Below are positions 1 to 9,173 of a stretch of DNA of 23,576 nucleotides, piece after piece. A program made the position numbers and the translations under genes. The DNA is taken from contig JAYENL010000038.1 in assembly GCA_034722055.1 (NCBI GenBank), forward strand, positions 1 to 23,576, read 5' to 3'. The notes under the pieces are model-generated. The model saw only the letters and a list, made by a program, of their open reading frames with translations, had not been told where the DNA came from and did no database searches. This DNA is from Armatimonadota bacterium (GTDB taxonomy: Bacteria > Armatimonadota > Zipacnadia > Zipacnadales > UBA5352). Positions within the stretch are counted from its first letter, which is position 1. Every line of letters starts with the position of its first letter.

Positions 1-27
1 GGCACAGGTCCGTAGTGTCGGCACAAC

Positions 28-49
28 GCGCGGGCGAGGGCGCCCGCGC
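28..49. repeat. REP-like palindrome GCGCGGGCG-AGGG-CGCCCGCGC
   Basis: Perfect 9-bp stem with a 4-nt loop. The 18-nt core GCGGGCGAGGGCGCCCGC recurs exactly at 21270-21287, also in an intergenic region. Confidence 0.65.
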
Positions 50-154
50 TGATTCTGATTTCGGGTCGCCCGTGCCCCGGCACTCATTCGGGTGCGTACG
101 CCCCCCTTACCAACCGACAGTCCGACGGCGCGATGGCGAGAGGAGCCGTTAGCA

Positions 155-3100
155 ATGCGCATGGCTGGCTGGACACTGGCGACGCTTGTTCCACTCCTGA
201 TGGGGCAGTACGCTGCGCACGCACAGGCCGAGCTGTTCGTCGCACCGGGCGGCTCGGATGAGAATCCGGGAACGATACATGAGCCGTTCGCGACGCCGCA
301 GCGTGCCGCTGAGGCCGTTCGGGAGTTGAAGGCGGTGGATGGCCTGCCCGACGGCGGGGTGACTGTCTGGCTGCGGGGTGGCACCTACTTCCTCGACGAG
401 CCACTGAGCCTGGACGCGGACCACAGCGGGTCCGACGGCAGCCCCGTGGTCTTCCGGGCGCGCCAGGGCGAGGAGGCCGTCCTCAGCGGCGGGCGCCTCG
501 TCCCCGCCGAGGCGTTCTCGCCCGTGACCGACGAGACCGTGCTGCAGCGGCTGGTTCCCGAGGCCCGAGGGCAGGTGCTGGAGGCCGACCTGAGTGCGCT
601 TGGGGTCACGAACTACCTGGAGGACCTGCCACCGCGCTTCCGGGGCTTCACGAATGAACACCCGATGCTGCTGGAGGTCTTCTGCAACGGAGAGCGGATG
701 CAGCTCGCGCGCTGGCCGAATGAGGGCTTCGCGCACTTCGACGAGATCGTGGATTTCGGGTCCGGCCTCCGCGACCGGGAGGGCCCGGAGCGGCCGGGGG
801 TCTTCACGTATGAGGGTGACCGGCCGGAGCGCTGGCGGGTGGAGGATGGCGTGTGGCTGCAGGGCTACTGGGCGCGGGCCTACCTGTGCACCGCAGTCAA
901 GGTAGGGAGTATCGACACCGAGACCGGGCAGATCACGCTGGCGGTGCCGCTGCACTACGGCCTGGACACGTGGGGCGCCAAGCGCTTCTTCGCCTTCAAC
1001 CTGCTGGAGGAGCTGGACTCGCCGGGCGAGTGGTATCTCGACCGCAGGCGTGGCGTTCTCTACTTCTGGCCGCCGGCGCCCCCCGACGAGAGCACAATCG
1101 TGGTCTCCATGCTCACCGAGCCGGTCGTGCGGATGCAGGATGCCTCCCACGTGACCCTCCGGGACCTGACGATTGAGTGCGGGCGGCAGGACGCCGTCTC
1201 GATCAAGGGAGGCACCGGCAGTCGCGTCGTCGGCTGCACTATCCGCAACGTCGGCCGCCATGGCGTTGAGATCGCCGGCGGGACGGAGCACGGCGTCATC
1301 GGCTGCGATATCCATCACACCGGCTACGGCGGCGTGCGCATGTCGGGCGGCGACCGCCGGACCCTCGCCCCGGCCGGGCACTTCGCCGAGAACAACCACG
1401 TCCACCACACCAGCGTCATCCGCCGCACGCACGCGGGAGCGATCCGGCTGAGCGGCGTGGGGTGCCGCGCCTCACACAACCTCATCCATCACGAGCCGCA
1501 CACCGCCGTGTGGTATCGCGGCAACGACCACCTGATGGAGTTCAACGAGATCTACTACACCTCTACGGAGACCACGGAGTGCGGAGTCTTCTACACCGGG
1601 CGGAACTGGACGTACCGTGGCAACGTCATCCGCCACAACTATGTCCACCACATCAACGACAGCCTGGAGGGCAGCCCCACCTCCGTGAACGTGGTGCATC
1701 TCGACGACGCCGTGTCGGGCACCACCTTCGAGGGAAACCTCTGCTACCTGTGCGGCAGGGGGGTCTCGATCTGCGGCGGGCCCGACAACATCGTCGAGAA
1801 CAACATCTTCGTGGACTGCAAAGTCGGTGTGAGCCTCGGCGCCCGCGGCATCCAGTGGTGGACGTACACGCGGCATGAGGATGGAACCGTCACGGCCATC
1901 GATACCCGGACGGGCAAACCCAGCGACACGCTGCTGGGGACGCTGGAGGAGGTGCCATATCAGGAGCCTCCCTGGACGAAGTACCCCCACATGGCCGACT
2001 TCCTGGCCCCTGAGCGCGACCCCGTCGGCGCCCCCTGGTTCTGCCGCATCGAGCGCAACATCTCGGCGGGCGAGGGCAAGTTCCTGACGATCAGCAACCG
2101 CGTCGAGGACCAGTGGATCACGGTCGAGGATAACTGGGAGGATGGCGACCCGGGCTTCGTGGATATGGAGGGCGGTGACTTCCACCTCCGCGAGGACGCC
2201 CCGGTGCTGGAGATGGGCTTCGAGCCGATCCCGCTGGAGGAGGTCGGGCTCTACGAGGACGAGCGGCGGGCGTCGTGGCCGGTGACACCCGAGCCGCCGC
2301 CGGAGGGCTGGCGCCCGCGCTGGATGGTCCTGGCCGAGCAAGAGCGGAAGATGACGGCCGTGCCGGTCTTCCCGGTACATCGTATTTCCGGGCCGATTGC
2401 TATCGACGGTGAGGTCTCTCAGCAGGAGTGGAACCCGAATGGTCGCCATCGGGAGGCGCAGGTGATCTGGGGTGTTGACGGAGAGGAGGTGGCGCTGCCC
2501 AGCCGGGCCTGGCTCGAGGTCGATGATGAGCACCTGTATGTGGCCTTCGTCAACCAGGTGGATCCAGAGCACGGGCCCAGTGACGGCCACCGCTGGGGGC
2601 AGGACGATGCGGTCGAGATCGCCCTGGCGCCGGTCGATGGCACGCAGATCGGCGACATACTCATCCTGCGGGGCTACCCCAACGGCCACGCGGAGAGCAG
2701 TGACGAGGCCGGCGCGCCGCGGAGGCTGGTGGAGCAAGCGATTCGTGGCGTCGAGTACGCCGCACACTCTGGGCGCCCGGACGTCTGGACGGCGGAGTGG
2801 CGCATCCCCTTCACGTCACTGGGGATCGCGCCCCGCGAGGGAGCGCCGCGGCTGCTGTTCAACCTCAGCGCGCGGAAGGCCGCCAGCGACATCTGGGCCA
2901 TGTGGAAGCGCTCAGGCGGCTACACCTGGCAGGTTCGCAGGGCGGGGCTGCTGTGGCTGACGCCCTTCGGTGACATCGTCTTCAATGGCGCGCTTCCGGC
3001 GCGGGCGCGGATCGACGTGCAGGCGAGCACGGAGGGCCTGACGCTGGAGGCCGGGACAGGGTCGGCGGTGGCCACCTGGGCGGAGCCTCCGGGCTCCCGC

Positions 3101-3505
3101 CTGACAGGTGACACTGAGCCATTGCCCGCGGACTCCTGGGAGGAGTTCGAGTACAGCTTCGTGCCGCAGGCGGACGGGGAGGTCAGCGTGCAGCTCATGG
3201 CGCAGGGGCAGCTCAGCGCGACCGGCGACGAACATATCCCGCTGTGGGTCTACTTCGACCATGTGCGCGCGGAGGGTGCGGAGCTGCAGAATGGGAGCTT
3301 CGAGCAGCGCGACGACGCCGGGCGGGTCGTGGCCTGGGCCAACTCCGACAACGGCGGGTGGCTGGTGCCTGACGCGGAGTCGGCCTTCGAGGGCCAGTGC
3401 TGCGTGAAGGTGTGGCATAACGGACGCTTCCGCCAGGACCTGCAGGTGCAGGCCGGCGTGCCGGTCACCATCCGCGCTATGGTCCGAGCCGAGCCCGCGC
3501 CGTAG
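155..3505 (+). CDS. Secreted right-handed parallel beta-helix protein (GH141-like) with CBM9-like and C-terminal carbohydrate-binding-like domains
   Basis: ORF 92..3505, with start moved to ATG 155 after RBS GAGAGGAG. Signal peptide ends AHA-Q. Motifs FVAPGGSDENPGT..PFAT, NGERMQLARWPN, NLLEELDSPGEWYLDR, beta-helix repeats and HLDD. CBM9-like IDGE..EW, WGQDDAVEI and WTAEWRIPF. CBM4_9-like LQNGSFE. Confidence 0.8.
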   Translation: MRMAGWTLATLVPLLMGQYAAHAQAELFVAPGGSDENPGTIHEPFATPQRAAEAVRELKAVDGLPDGGVTVWLRGGTYFLDEPLSLDADHSGSDGSPVVFRARQGEEAVLSGGRLVPAEAFSPVTDETVLQRLVPEARGQVLEADLSALGVTNYLEDLPPRFRGFTNEHPMLLEVFCNGERMQLARWPNEGFAHFDEIVDFGSGLRDREGPERPGVFTYEGDRPERWRVEDGVWLQGYWARAYLCTAVKVGSIDTETGQITLAVPLHYGLDTWGAKRFFAFNLLEELDSPGEWYLDRRRGVLYFWPPAPPDESTIVVSMLTEPVVRMQDASHVTLRDLTIECGRQDAVSIKGGTGSRVVGCTIRNVGRHGVEIAGGTEHGVIGCDIHHTGYGGVRMSGGDRRTLAPAGHFAENNHVHHTSVIRRTHAGAIRLSGVGCRASHNLIHHEPHTAVWYRGNDHLMEFNEIYYTSTETTECGVFYTGRNWTYRGNVIRHNYVHHINDSLEGSPTSVNVVHLDDAVSGTTFEGNLCYLCGRGVSICGGPDNIVENNIFVDCKVGVSLGARGIQWWTYTRHEDGTVTAIDTRTGKPSDTLLGTLEEVPYQEPPWTKYPHMADFLAPERDPVGAPWFCRIERNISAGEGKFLTISNRVEDQWITVEDNWEDGDPGFVDMEGGDFHLREDAPVLEMGFEPIPLEEVGLYEDERRASWPVTPEPPPEGWRPRWMVLAEQERKMTAVPVFPVHRISGPIAIDGEVSQQEWNPNGRHREAQVIWGVDGEEVALPSRAWLEVDDEHLYVAFVNQVDPEHGPSDGHRWGQDDAVEIALAPVDGTQIGDILILRGYPNGHAESSDEAGAPRRLVEQAIRGVEYAAHSGRPDVWTAEWRIPFTSLGIAPREGAPRLLFNLSARKAASDIWAMWKRSGGYTWQVRRAGLLWLTPFGDIVFNGALPARARIDVQASTEGLTLEAGTGSAVATWAEPPGSRLTGDTEPLPADSWEEFEYSFVPQADGEVSVQLMAQGQLSATGDEHIPLWVYFDHVRAEGAELQNGSFEQRDDAGRVVAWANSDNGGWLVPDAESAFEGQCCVKVWHNGRFRQDLQVQAGVPVTIRAMVRAEPAP

Positions 3506-3517
3506 CGCCGACGGGGC

Positions 3518-4453
3518 TCAGCCGGCCGCCTCGCCGCTCTCGCGAACCTCTCGCGCAGCCGGGAGCATCCCGGCTCCGAGACCGCCGAGCAGCGCCACCA
3601 CGGCGGCGGCGAGCATCGCCGGGAGCAGCGAGCCGGTGGCGTCGGCGATGGCCCCGCCGACCGTCGGCCCCAGCGCCTGCCCCACCCCGAAGAAGAGGGT
3701 GATGAAACCGAGGGCGGCGGAGGCCATGCGGGGGCCGAGCATGTCGCCACATGCCGCCGCCATGATCGCCGGGATGCTCCACGCCGACAGGCCGAAGAGG
3801 ATCGCGGAGATGCTGAAGCCCGTCGGCACCGGCCACAGGGCGAAGAGCCCGAAGGCCGTGGCGTGAATGAGGTAGACGATGACCAGCGCGCCCTTGCGGC
3901 CGATGACATCGGAGACGGCCCCCCAGATCAGACCGCACAGGAGGCTGAGCCACCCCATGATCATGAACAGCCGGCCGGCGGCCTCCGGGGTGTAGCCGCC
4001 CTCGGCGGTGAGGGCCTTGACGAAGAACGTGATGTAGATGATGTAGGAGAAGCCGAACGCGACGTAGACCAGACCCAGATGCCAGACCGCGGGGGCGCGA
4101 TAGACCGCTCCCCACCGCAGCGGCTCGACTGGAGGGTCGGCGGCGGATTCGCCGGCCTCTGCGCCGACCGGCGCCCGCCCCACCTCGGCGGGGCGATTGC
4201 GCAGGAGCAGCAGGCTCCCCGCGGCCAGGACGATCGTGATCGCGCCGAAGCCGTACCAGCACACGCGCCAGCCCCTCTCACCCCATGCCGCGAGCACGCC
4301 GGCCTGGGTGTTGTCCATCTCCAGGCCGGTCTGCATGGCCGGGAGCACCATTGTGTAGCCGAACCGCGCCAGGCCCAGCGATCCGAACACCACCAGGGTG
4401 GAGACGACGAGTATGGCCCAGCCGTAGTGGGTGCCCTGCCTGCCGTCAGCCAT
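3518..4453 (-). CDS. YbfB/YjiJ-like MFS transporter, internally truncated (possible pseudogene)
   Basis: RBS GAGGTG before ATG. GLARFGYTMVLPAM is a YbfB/YjiJ-type N-terminus, and the C-half has WGAVSDVIGRK and GQALGP. Only 311 aa with about 8 hydrophobic helices instead of 12. Confidence 0.8.
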   Translation of the reverse strand: MADGRQGTHYGWAILVVSTLVVFGSLGLARFGYTMVLPAMQTGLEMDNTQAGVLAAWGERGWRVCWYGFGAITIVLAAGSLLLLRNRPAEVGRAPVGAEAGESAADPPVEPLRWGAVYRAPAVWHLGLVYVAFGFSYIIYITFFVKALTAEGGYTPEAAGRLFMIMGWLSLLCGLIWGAVSDVIGRKGALVIVYLIHATAFGLFALWPVPTGFSISAILFGLSAWSIPAIMAAACGDMLGPRMASAALGFITLFFGVGQALGPTVGGAIADATGSLLPAMLAAAVVALLGGLGAGMLPAAREVRESGEAAG

Positions 4454-4491
4454 GCGTCACCTCGTCAGGGCCGTTATGCGGCGTGGCGCTG

Positions 4492-7419
4492 CTACTCATT
4501 GTCGATCATCAGCCACACGTCGCCGCGGGAGTCCGTGCCGCCGCGAGAGGCCAGCTCGCCGACGATCGTGTAGGTGGCCTCCGGATCGACCTCGTCGAGG
4601 CTCAGACGGTAGAGGTTGTCATGGCTGCCGCCGCCCGCCCAGCCGTGATGCTCGTCCTCGGAGACGACCTCCCCGTCGGCCAGCAGGGCGGCTCGCTGGA
4701 TGTTCACGCCGTGGGCGCCGCGGGTGTACTCCCACTCCACCACCAGCTCGCCGGGCTCGGTGATGTGCTCGGTGACGTCGAAGCGCAGCTCCACGCCCTC
4801 CTCGCTCATCTGCTCCGGCCGCCACGTGCCGATCCGCACCAGCGTGCCCCTGACGAAGCCGAAGGTGGAGCCCTCGGGCAGCGAGGTCCTCTCACCGTCG
4901 CGCAGCTCTCCCGCCAGGCCGTCGAGCTCGTCGGCAAGGTCGGCCACGGCCTGCGCCAGGTCCCGGATGCGACGCACGTCGCGCTGGGCGGCCCCCACCT
5001 CCCGGGTGGCCTCCTCGTAAGTCTCTGCCGAGCTCTCCAGGGGTCCGACCAGCTCCCTGATGGTCTTTGCGGCGCGAGCGACCCTGGCCGCGGCGGTGTC
5101 GGGATGGTCGGGCAGGTCGTCCGAGGCATCAGCGTAGAGGTCAGACGCCGCCTGCATCGCCAGGAGCTTGCTGGCGGCCTGCCGGTACATCCTGAAGGCC
5201 AGTTCCGTGTATGAGAGCAGATCGGTGTTGCGCGTGGCATTCTCTCTGAACTGCTGAAGCCGGACGATGGCGAAAACGCTGGTCGCGAGGATCTCCTCCG
5301 CGGCCTCAGCGAGGCGGGGGTCCTTGAGAGCGAACTCGCGCAGCACCCGCTGCGGCGGCGCCCACCACAGATCGGTAATCAGCCGCGAGTTGTAGCATAT
5401 GGCGGCGGGACCCTCCCGCGGCCAGGGCTCGATGAGTGCCCTGTCCAGCCGTTGGCCGGCGTCCGCCTCGCGAATCCCCAGCCACCACCCGGCGTAGCGG
5501 CGCTCGAAGTCCGCCACGGGAGTGCGGCCCAGCGACCAGGCGCACTCCGCGGCGTAGAACATCCCCGGCAGCGAGTTGGTGATGATGCCGCCGTGCTGCC
5601 ACTCCCAGGTGGTCGTCATGCAGCCGCCCACGCCGCGCTCATCGCCCGCCTGCAGGAAGCCCCGGATCCCCCGCCAGGTGGTCCGGTAGTCGGGCCAGAT
5701 GCGGGAGAAGCAAACCACCGCGGGCGAGACCCACACGTCGTGGAAGCCCAGCGACTGATACTGCTCAATCTGCGGATAGGTGCGAGGGCCGTGGTAGATC
5801 CACTCGGTGGGAATGCAGTCCTTGTGCAGCAGCTCCTCATATTCGATGGTCCAGCCCACGTGCGAGGGCCAGAAGAGCATGGTGCGCCCATGCCTGTCAC
5901 ACAGGTCCTCCAGGCGGTTCATGTGCTCGGCGTACAGCGCGCCGATGCCGTCCTCCTCCACCCGCTGCCGGCACGCCTCGCACTTGCCGAAGCCGCCCTC
6001 GAACTCATCACCGCCGACGTGGATGTACTCCGAGTAGGGGAACTGCTCGGCCAGCTCCCCGTAGACGGTGTCCAGGAACTCCCACGTCTCGGGGTTGGAG
6101 GTGCAGAAGACCCAGGACTGGCCCGCCTCACGCAGGTGTGCCAGCTCCTCGTGACGCAGCACCGCGGAGGCGTGGCCCAGAGACTCGAACTGGGGCACGA
6201 GCTGCACGTGATAGCGGTGGGCGTACTCCGACAGCTCGCGAGCCTTCTCGGGCGTGAAGGTGCCCTCCCGGCCCAGGAACGGGTAGGCCTCGAAGCGGTA
6301 GTCGTCCTCACCGTAGATCTCCAGCATGTTGAGCTTGCACCGTCCCAGGGCCCGGATCAGCCGCTTCCACCAGTCCACCTCGACCGTCTGACCCCGGGCG
6401 ACGTCATACTGCAGCCCCCGGACGGGGTAGCTGGGCCAGTCGGCTACCTGACATCGGGGCAGGTGCCCGTTCGGGCCGACGAGCTGGGCGATGGTCTGGG
6501 CGCCGTAGAAGAGGCCCTCGGCATCCGCGGCCCGAACGCGTGCCACCTCGCCGACGGTCGCGACGTAGGCCCCGGCGGGCCTCTCCTGCAGCTCCACCTG
6601 CAGACCCTCCGCGGCGAGGTCGCCATCGCCAACTCGGCTGAGCGCGATGTCGCCAGCGCGTGGGGCCGTGCCCTCGACGATGTCCAAGCGCAGACCGGCT
6701 CGGTCGGCGATCTGCTCCGCAAGGTCCTGGGCCGCGAAGCGGTCGCCTTCATCGGGATCGGCCGACAGCACGATGCGGCTGTCGTCGGCAAGCGCAAGCG
6801 AGCCCTCCTCCAGCACGAGGTCCTGCGGCATGGGGATGAGGGCGACGCCTCGGGCCCGCATCTGCTCCAACGTGTCGATCAGCCGGCGCAGCTCGGGCGT
6901 GGACTCCACCACCGAGGCGGTGATCTCGCGGCCGCCCGGGTTGTGCCGGTAGACGGTCCAGCCGTCGCCCTCGATGGTGCCCGTGGCGTAGATGTCGATG
7001 TAGCCCTGCTGCAGATGCTGCTCGGTGAGGTGCTCGGTTATGTCGATGGGATCGCGATTGCTGGCGTTCCAGTCGTCGCCGACCGCGATGACCGGGCCCT
7101 CGTGGATCACCGGCCCATCCTCGGCGTCGCGGCGCAGAATCAGCCTGTAGGAGCTGCCCTGCCCCGTGAAGCCCACGATGCTGCCCAGGTTCAGCGCATA
7201 GGCCAGCGGCATCTGTTCCGGCACCGGAAAGCGCAACTGCACCCAGGTCCCCGAGTCCAGGTTGCCCAGATGCCCCTCGCCCATGGGCGTGGGCTCGACG
7301 GCGGCGCGCTGCTCGGCGACGTCAAGGTAGGCGGCGGGGCGATCCTGAGCCACTGATGCCGATACGCCCGTCAGAACTGCGCAGATCACGATCGCAGTTG
7401 TCGCGCGTGAGCTTCCCAC
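4492..7419 (-). CDS. Secreted GH20 beta-N-acetylhexosaminidase with extra N- and C-terminal domains
   Basis: ORF 4492..7680, with start moved to GTG 7419 after RBS GGAGGT, which gives a signal-peptide-like N-terminus. GH20b domain LIPMPQ...GLFYGAQT. Catalytic barrel motifs DWP..PVRGLQYDVAR, VPQFESLGH and HVGGDE. Confidence 0.88.
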   Translation of the reverse strand: MGSSRATTAIVICAVLTGVSASVAQDRPAAYLDVAEQRAAVEPTPMGEGHLGNLDSGTWVQLRFPVPEQMPLAYALNLGSIVGFTGQGSSYRLILRRDAEDGPVIHEGPVIAVGDDWNASNRDPIDITEHLTEQHLQQGYIDIYATGTIEGDGWTVYRHNPGGREITASVVESTPELRRLIDTLEQMRARGVALIPMPQDLVLEEGSLALADDSRIVLSADPDEGDRFAAQDLAEQIADRAGLRLDIVEGTAPRAGDIALSRVGDGDLAAEGLQVELQERPAGAYVATVGEVARVRAADAEGLFYGAQTIAQLVGPNGHLPRCQVADWPSYPVRGLQYDVARGQTVEVDWWKRLIRALGRCKLNMLEIYGEDDYRFEAYPFLGREGTFTPEKARELSEYAHRYHVQLVPQFESLGHASAVLRHEELAHLREAGQSWVFCTSNPETWEFLDTVYGELAEQFPYSEYIHVGGDEFEGGFGKCEACRQRVEEDGIGALYAEHMNRLEDLCDRHGRTMLFWPSHVGWTIEYEELLHKDCIPTEWIYHGPRTYPQIEQYQSLGFHDVWVSPAVVCFSRIWPDYRTTWRGIRGFLQAGDERGVGGCMTTTWEWQHGGIITNSLPGMFYAAECAWSLGRTPVADFERRYAGWWLGIREADAGQRLDRALIEPWPREGPAAICYNSRLITDLWWAPPQRVLREFALKDPRLAEAAEEILATSVFAIVRLQQFRENATRNTDLLSYTELAFRMYRQAASKLLAMQAASDLYADASDDLPDHPDTAAARVARAAKTIRELVGPLESSAETYEEATREVGAAQRDVRRIRDLAQAVADLADELDGLAGELRDGERTSLPEGSTFGFVRGTLVRIGTWRPEQMSEEGVELRFDVTEHITEPGELVVEWEYTRGAHGVNIQRAALLADGEVVSEDEHHGWAGGGSHDNLYRLSLDEVDPEATYTIVGELASRGGTDSRGDVWLMIDNE

Positions 7420-7594
7420 TGGTGGCACCTCCAGGTCGATGGATGACCGCATCCCCGGCAGGAGCGGGCAATCGCTGAGAGATACTCGGCCCGTGGGTCG
7501 GAATCCTTCCATCCGGCTGCGCGGGTGGCGCAGGTCCAGTGGCGGCGAAGTGGAAGTGATGCGGTGCAGAGACTCGCTGCCGGAGGTGGCTGCC

Positions 7595-8845
7595 ATGCAG
7601 GTGGAGATCGCTCGGAACGCCCTCGACCGGGTTCCGCTGTCGCTGATCATCGACGATTCCACCGTGCTGGTGAACCTCAACTACTTCTTCATGCGCGACC
7701 GCAACCGGGTGGACGGCCAGGACCGCCGCTGGGAGGATGTGCCAGTGGTGCATCCTGAGGGCTTCACGCGGGAGTTCGCCGAGTTCTGCCTGGAGGCGGG
7801 AGTGCGCGGCAAGTTCAGCGTCGTGCCCTGCCCGGCCGCGCTGGGTCGCATCGACGAGGGCCTGCCGCTGTTCGACCGGAGGCAGCAGGAGAGCTGGCTG
7901 GACCTGTGCCGGGAGCTGATTGTGCCGGCCTTCGACATCACCCCGGAGATGATGACCCACACCAAGGTGGTCGATCCGGAGAGCTGCCAGCCCGTGGAGC
8001 CGGAGATCTGGGAGCAGTACGACTGGGAGGCGCTGCCCGACGATGCGGTGCTGGTCTTCGAGTACATCGCCGCCTCCTGCCAGATCCTCGACAATGTGGG
8101 GCTGACACCGGAGGGCGTCACGTCGCCGGGCGGATTCGGCGGCCGGACGCTGGAGTTCTACGCGAAGGTAGCAGGCGAGGCGGTGCGCGAGGTGACCGGC
8201 AATCGCACGCCCTACTTCTTCAAGCGCATCGGCCGCGAGGATGTCGAGACGCCCGTGTGGTACCCCGACCGCGAGGCAGGGACGGCCGTGGGCGAGATCA
8301 TCGCCTGCACCGGCGACTGGACCGGCTCGTGGACAGGCTACGGCGAGGTCAATGTGGACCGCTACATCACCGCCGACCTGCAGGGCGGACGCCTGCCAGC
8401 GGTGATCGACGCAGGAGACCCGGCAGTGCTGTGCAGCCACTGGCAGGGCTTCTACGGCCTCCACAACGATGATCGGCGCGGCTTCCGCGCGCTGAAGACT
8501 GTCGTCCGGCGTCTGCGGGAGCGCGATCCGAGGGGCGAGCGCACGTGCTGGCGCACGCCCAGCGAAATCACCACCTACGCCTGCGCGCGAGAGATGGCTG
8601 AGATGACTGTGGAGGGCAATCGCATCAGCCTCGACCTGCCGGTCCTGGTGCCGGAGATCACGCTGCGGATCTCAGCTGCGCCGGTGGCGCAGGTGACGGT
8701 TGACGGAGAGCCGCTGCGGCCCGTGGACAGCCGCGCGGCCTTCGCCGACGGCACCTTCCTGGTGGAGGGAGAGGCCACGCTGGCGGCCTTCACGCCCACG
8801 CAGCGCCGGGTGGAGCTGGCGGTCATAGAGGCCGCGCAAGCGTGA
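7595..8845 (+). CDS. Conserved hypothetical protein, possibly polysaccharide deacetylase (NodB)-like barrel
   Basis: RBS GGAGGT before ATG 7595, strong GC3 codon bias, 416 aa, no signal peptide. SLIIDD, GKFSVVP, TPEMMTH, GVTSPGGFG and SHW follow the CE4/NodB-like motif order. The fold call is an inference. Confidence 0.65.
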   Translation: MQVEIARNALDRVPLSLIIDDSTVLVNLNYFFMRDRNRVDGQDRRWEDVPVVHPEGFTREFAEFCLEAGVRGKFSVVPCPAALGRIDEGLPLFDRRQQESWLDLCRELIVPAFDITPEMMTHTKVVDPESCQPVEPEIWEQYDWEALPDDAVLVFEYIAASCQILDNVGLTPEGVTSPGGFGGRTLEFYAKVAGEAVREVTGNRTPYFFKRIGREDVETPVWYPDREAGTAVGEIIACTGDWTGSWTGYGEVNVDRYITADLQGGRLPAVIDAGDPAVLCSHWQGFYGLHNDDRRGFRALKTVVRRLRERDPRGERTCWRTPSEITTYACAREMAEMTVEGNRISLDLPVLVPEITLRISAAPVAQVTVDGEPLRPVDSRAAFADGTFLVEGEATLAAFTPTQRRVELAVIEAAQA

Positions 8846-9105
8846 GCACAGGCTCGCCGGTGGTCGTCGTGGACACTGTGCTTGCGGCCTCGTCGGCCGG
8901 GCCGAGGCAGTAGACCGCGCCGTGGGAGGAGCCGAGGAAGACATCGCCACCCGCGACGGTCGCTGAGGAGTCCACGGCCCCGCCGGTCTCCATCGCCGAC
9001 TGCTCCTCGGCGATCGGCGCGTCCATGGGGTACAGGTGGCGCTCCCCCGAGCCGATGATGACCAACCCGTTCGATGGGTATGACTTCCTCGCCTCGCCCG
9101 TTGTT
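8823..9105 (-). pseudogene. Eroded C-terminal fragment of a PQQ-like/BamB beta-propeller repeat protein
   Basis: The frame reads NGLVIIGSGERHLY...ETGGAVDSSATVAGGDVFLGSSHGAVYCLG, which is two PQQ-type blades with the Trp and Pro consensus residues lost. An in-frame TGA lies just upstream and there is no good start. Confidence 0.6.
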
Positions 9106-9173
9106 CCTGTGGGCGGAGCGGCGGCCGCCGAGGCTGATCAGCCGAAGGAGCCGTGGGTCGCGACACCTGCGGG

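Noticed and set aside
90..110. CGTACGCCCCCCTTAC as a reverse-strand GTAG-like REP end
   Set aside because: Too degenerate, with no partner arm or second copy in the window.
7420..7680. Apparent head-to-head overlap of ORFs 4492..7680 and 7439..8845
   Set aside because: An artefact of longest-ORF start choice. RBS-supported starts at 7419 and 7595 leave a normal intergenic gap.
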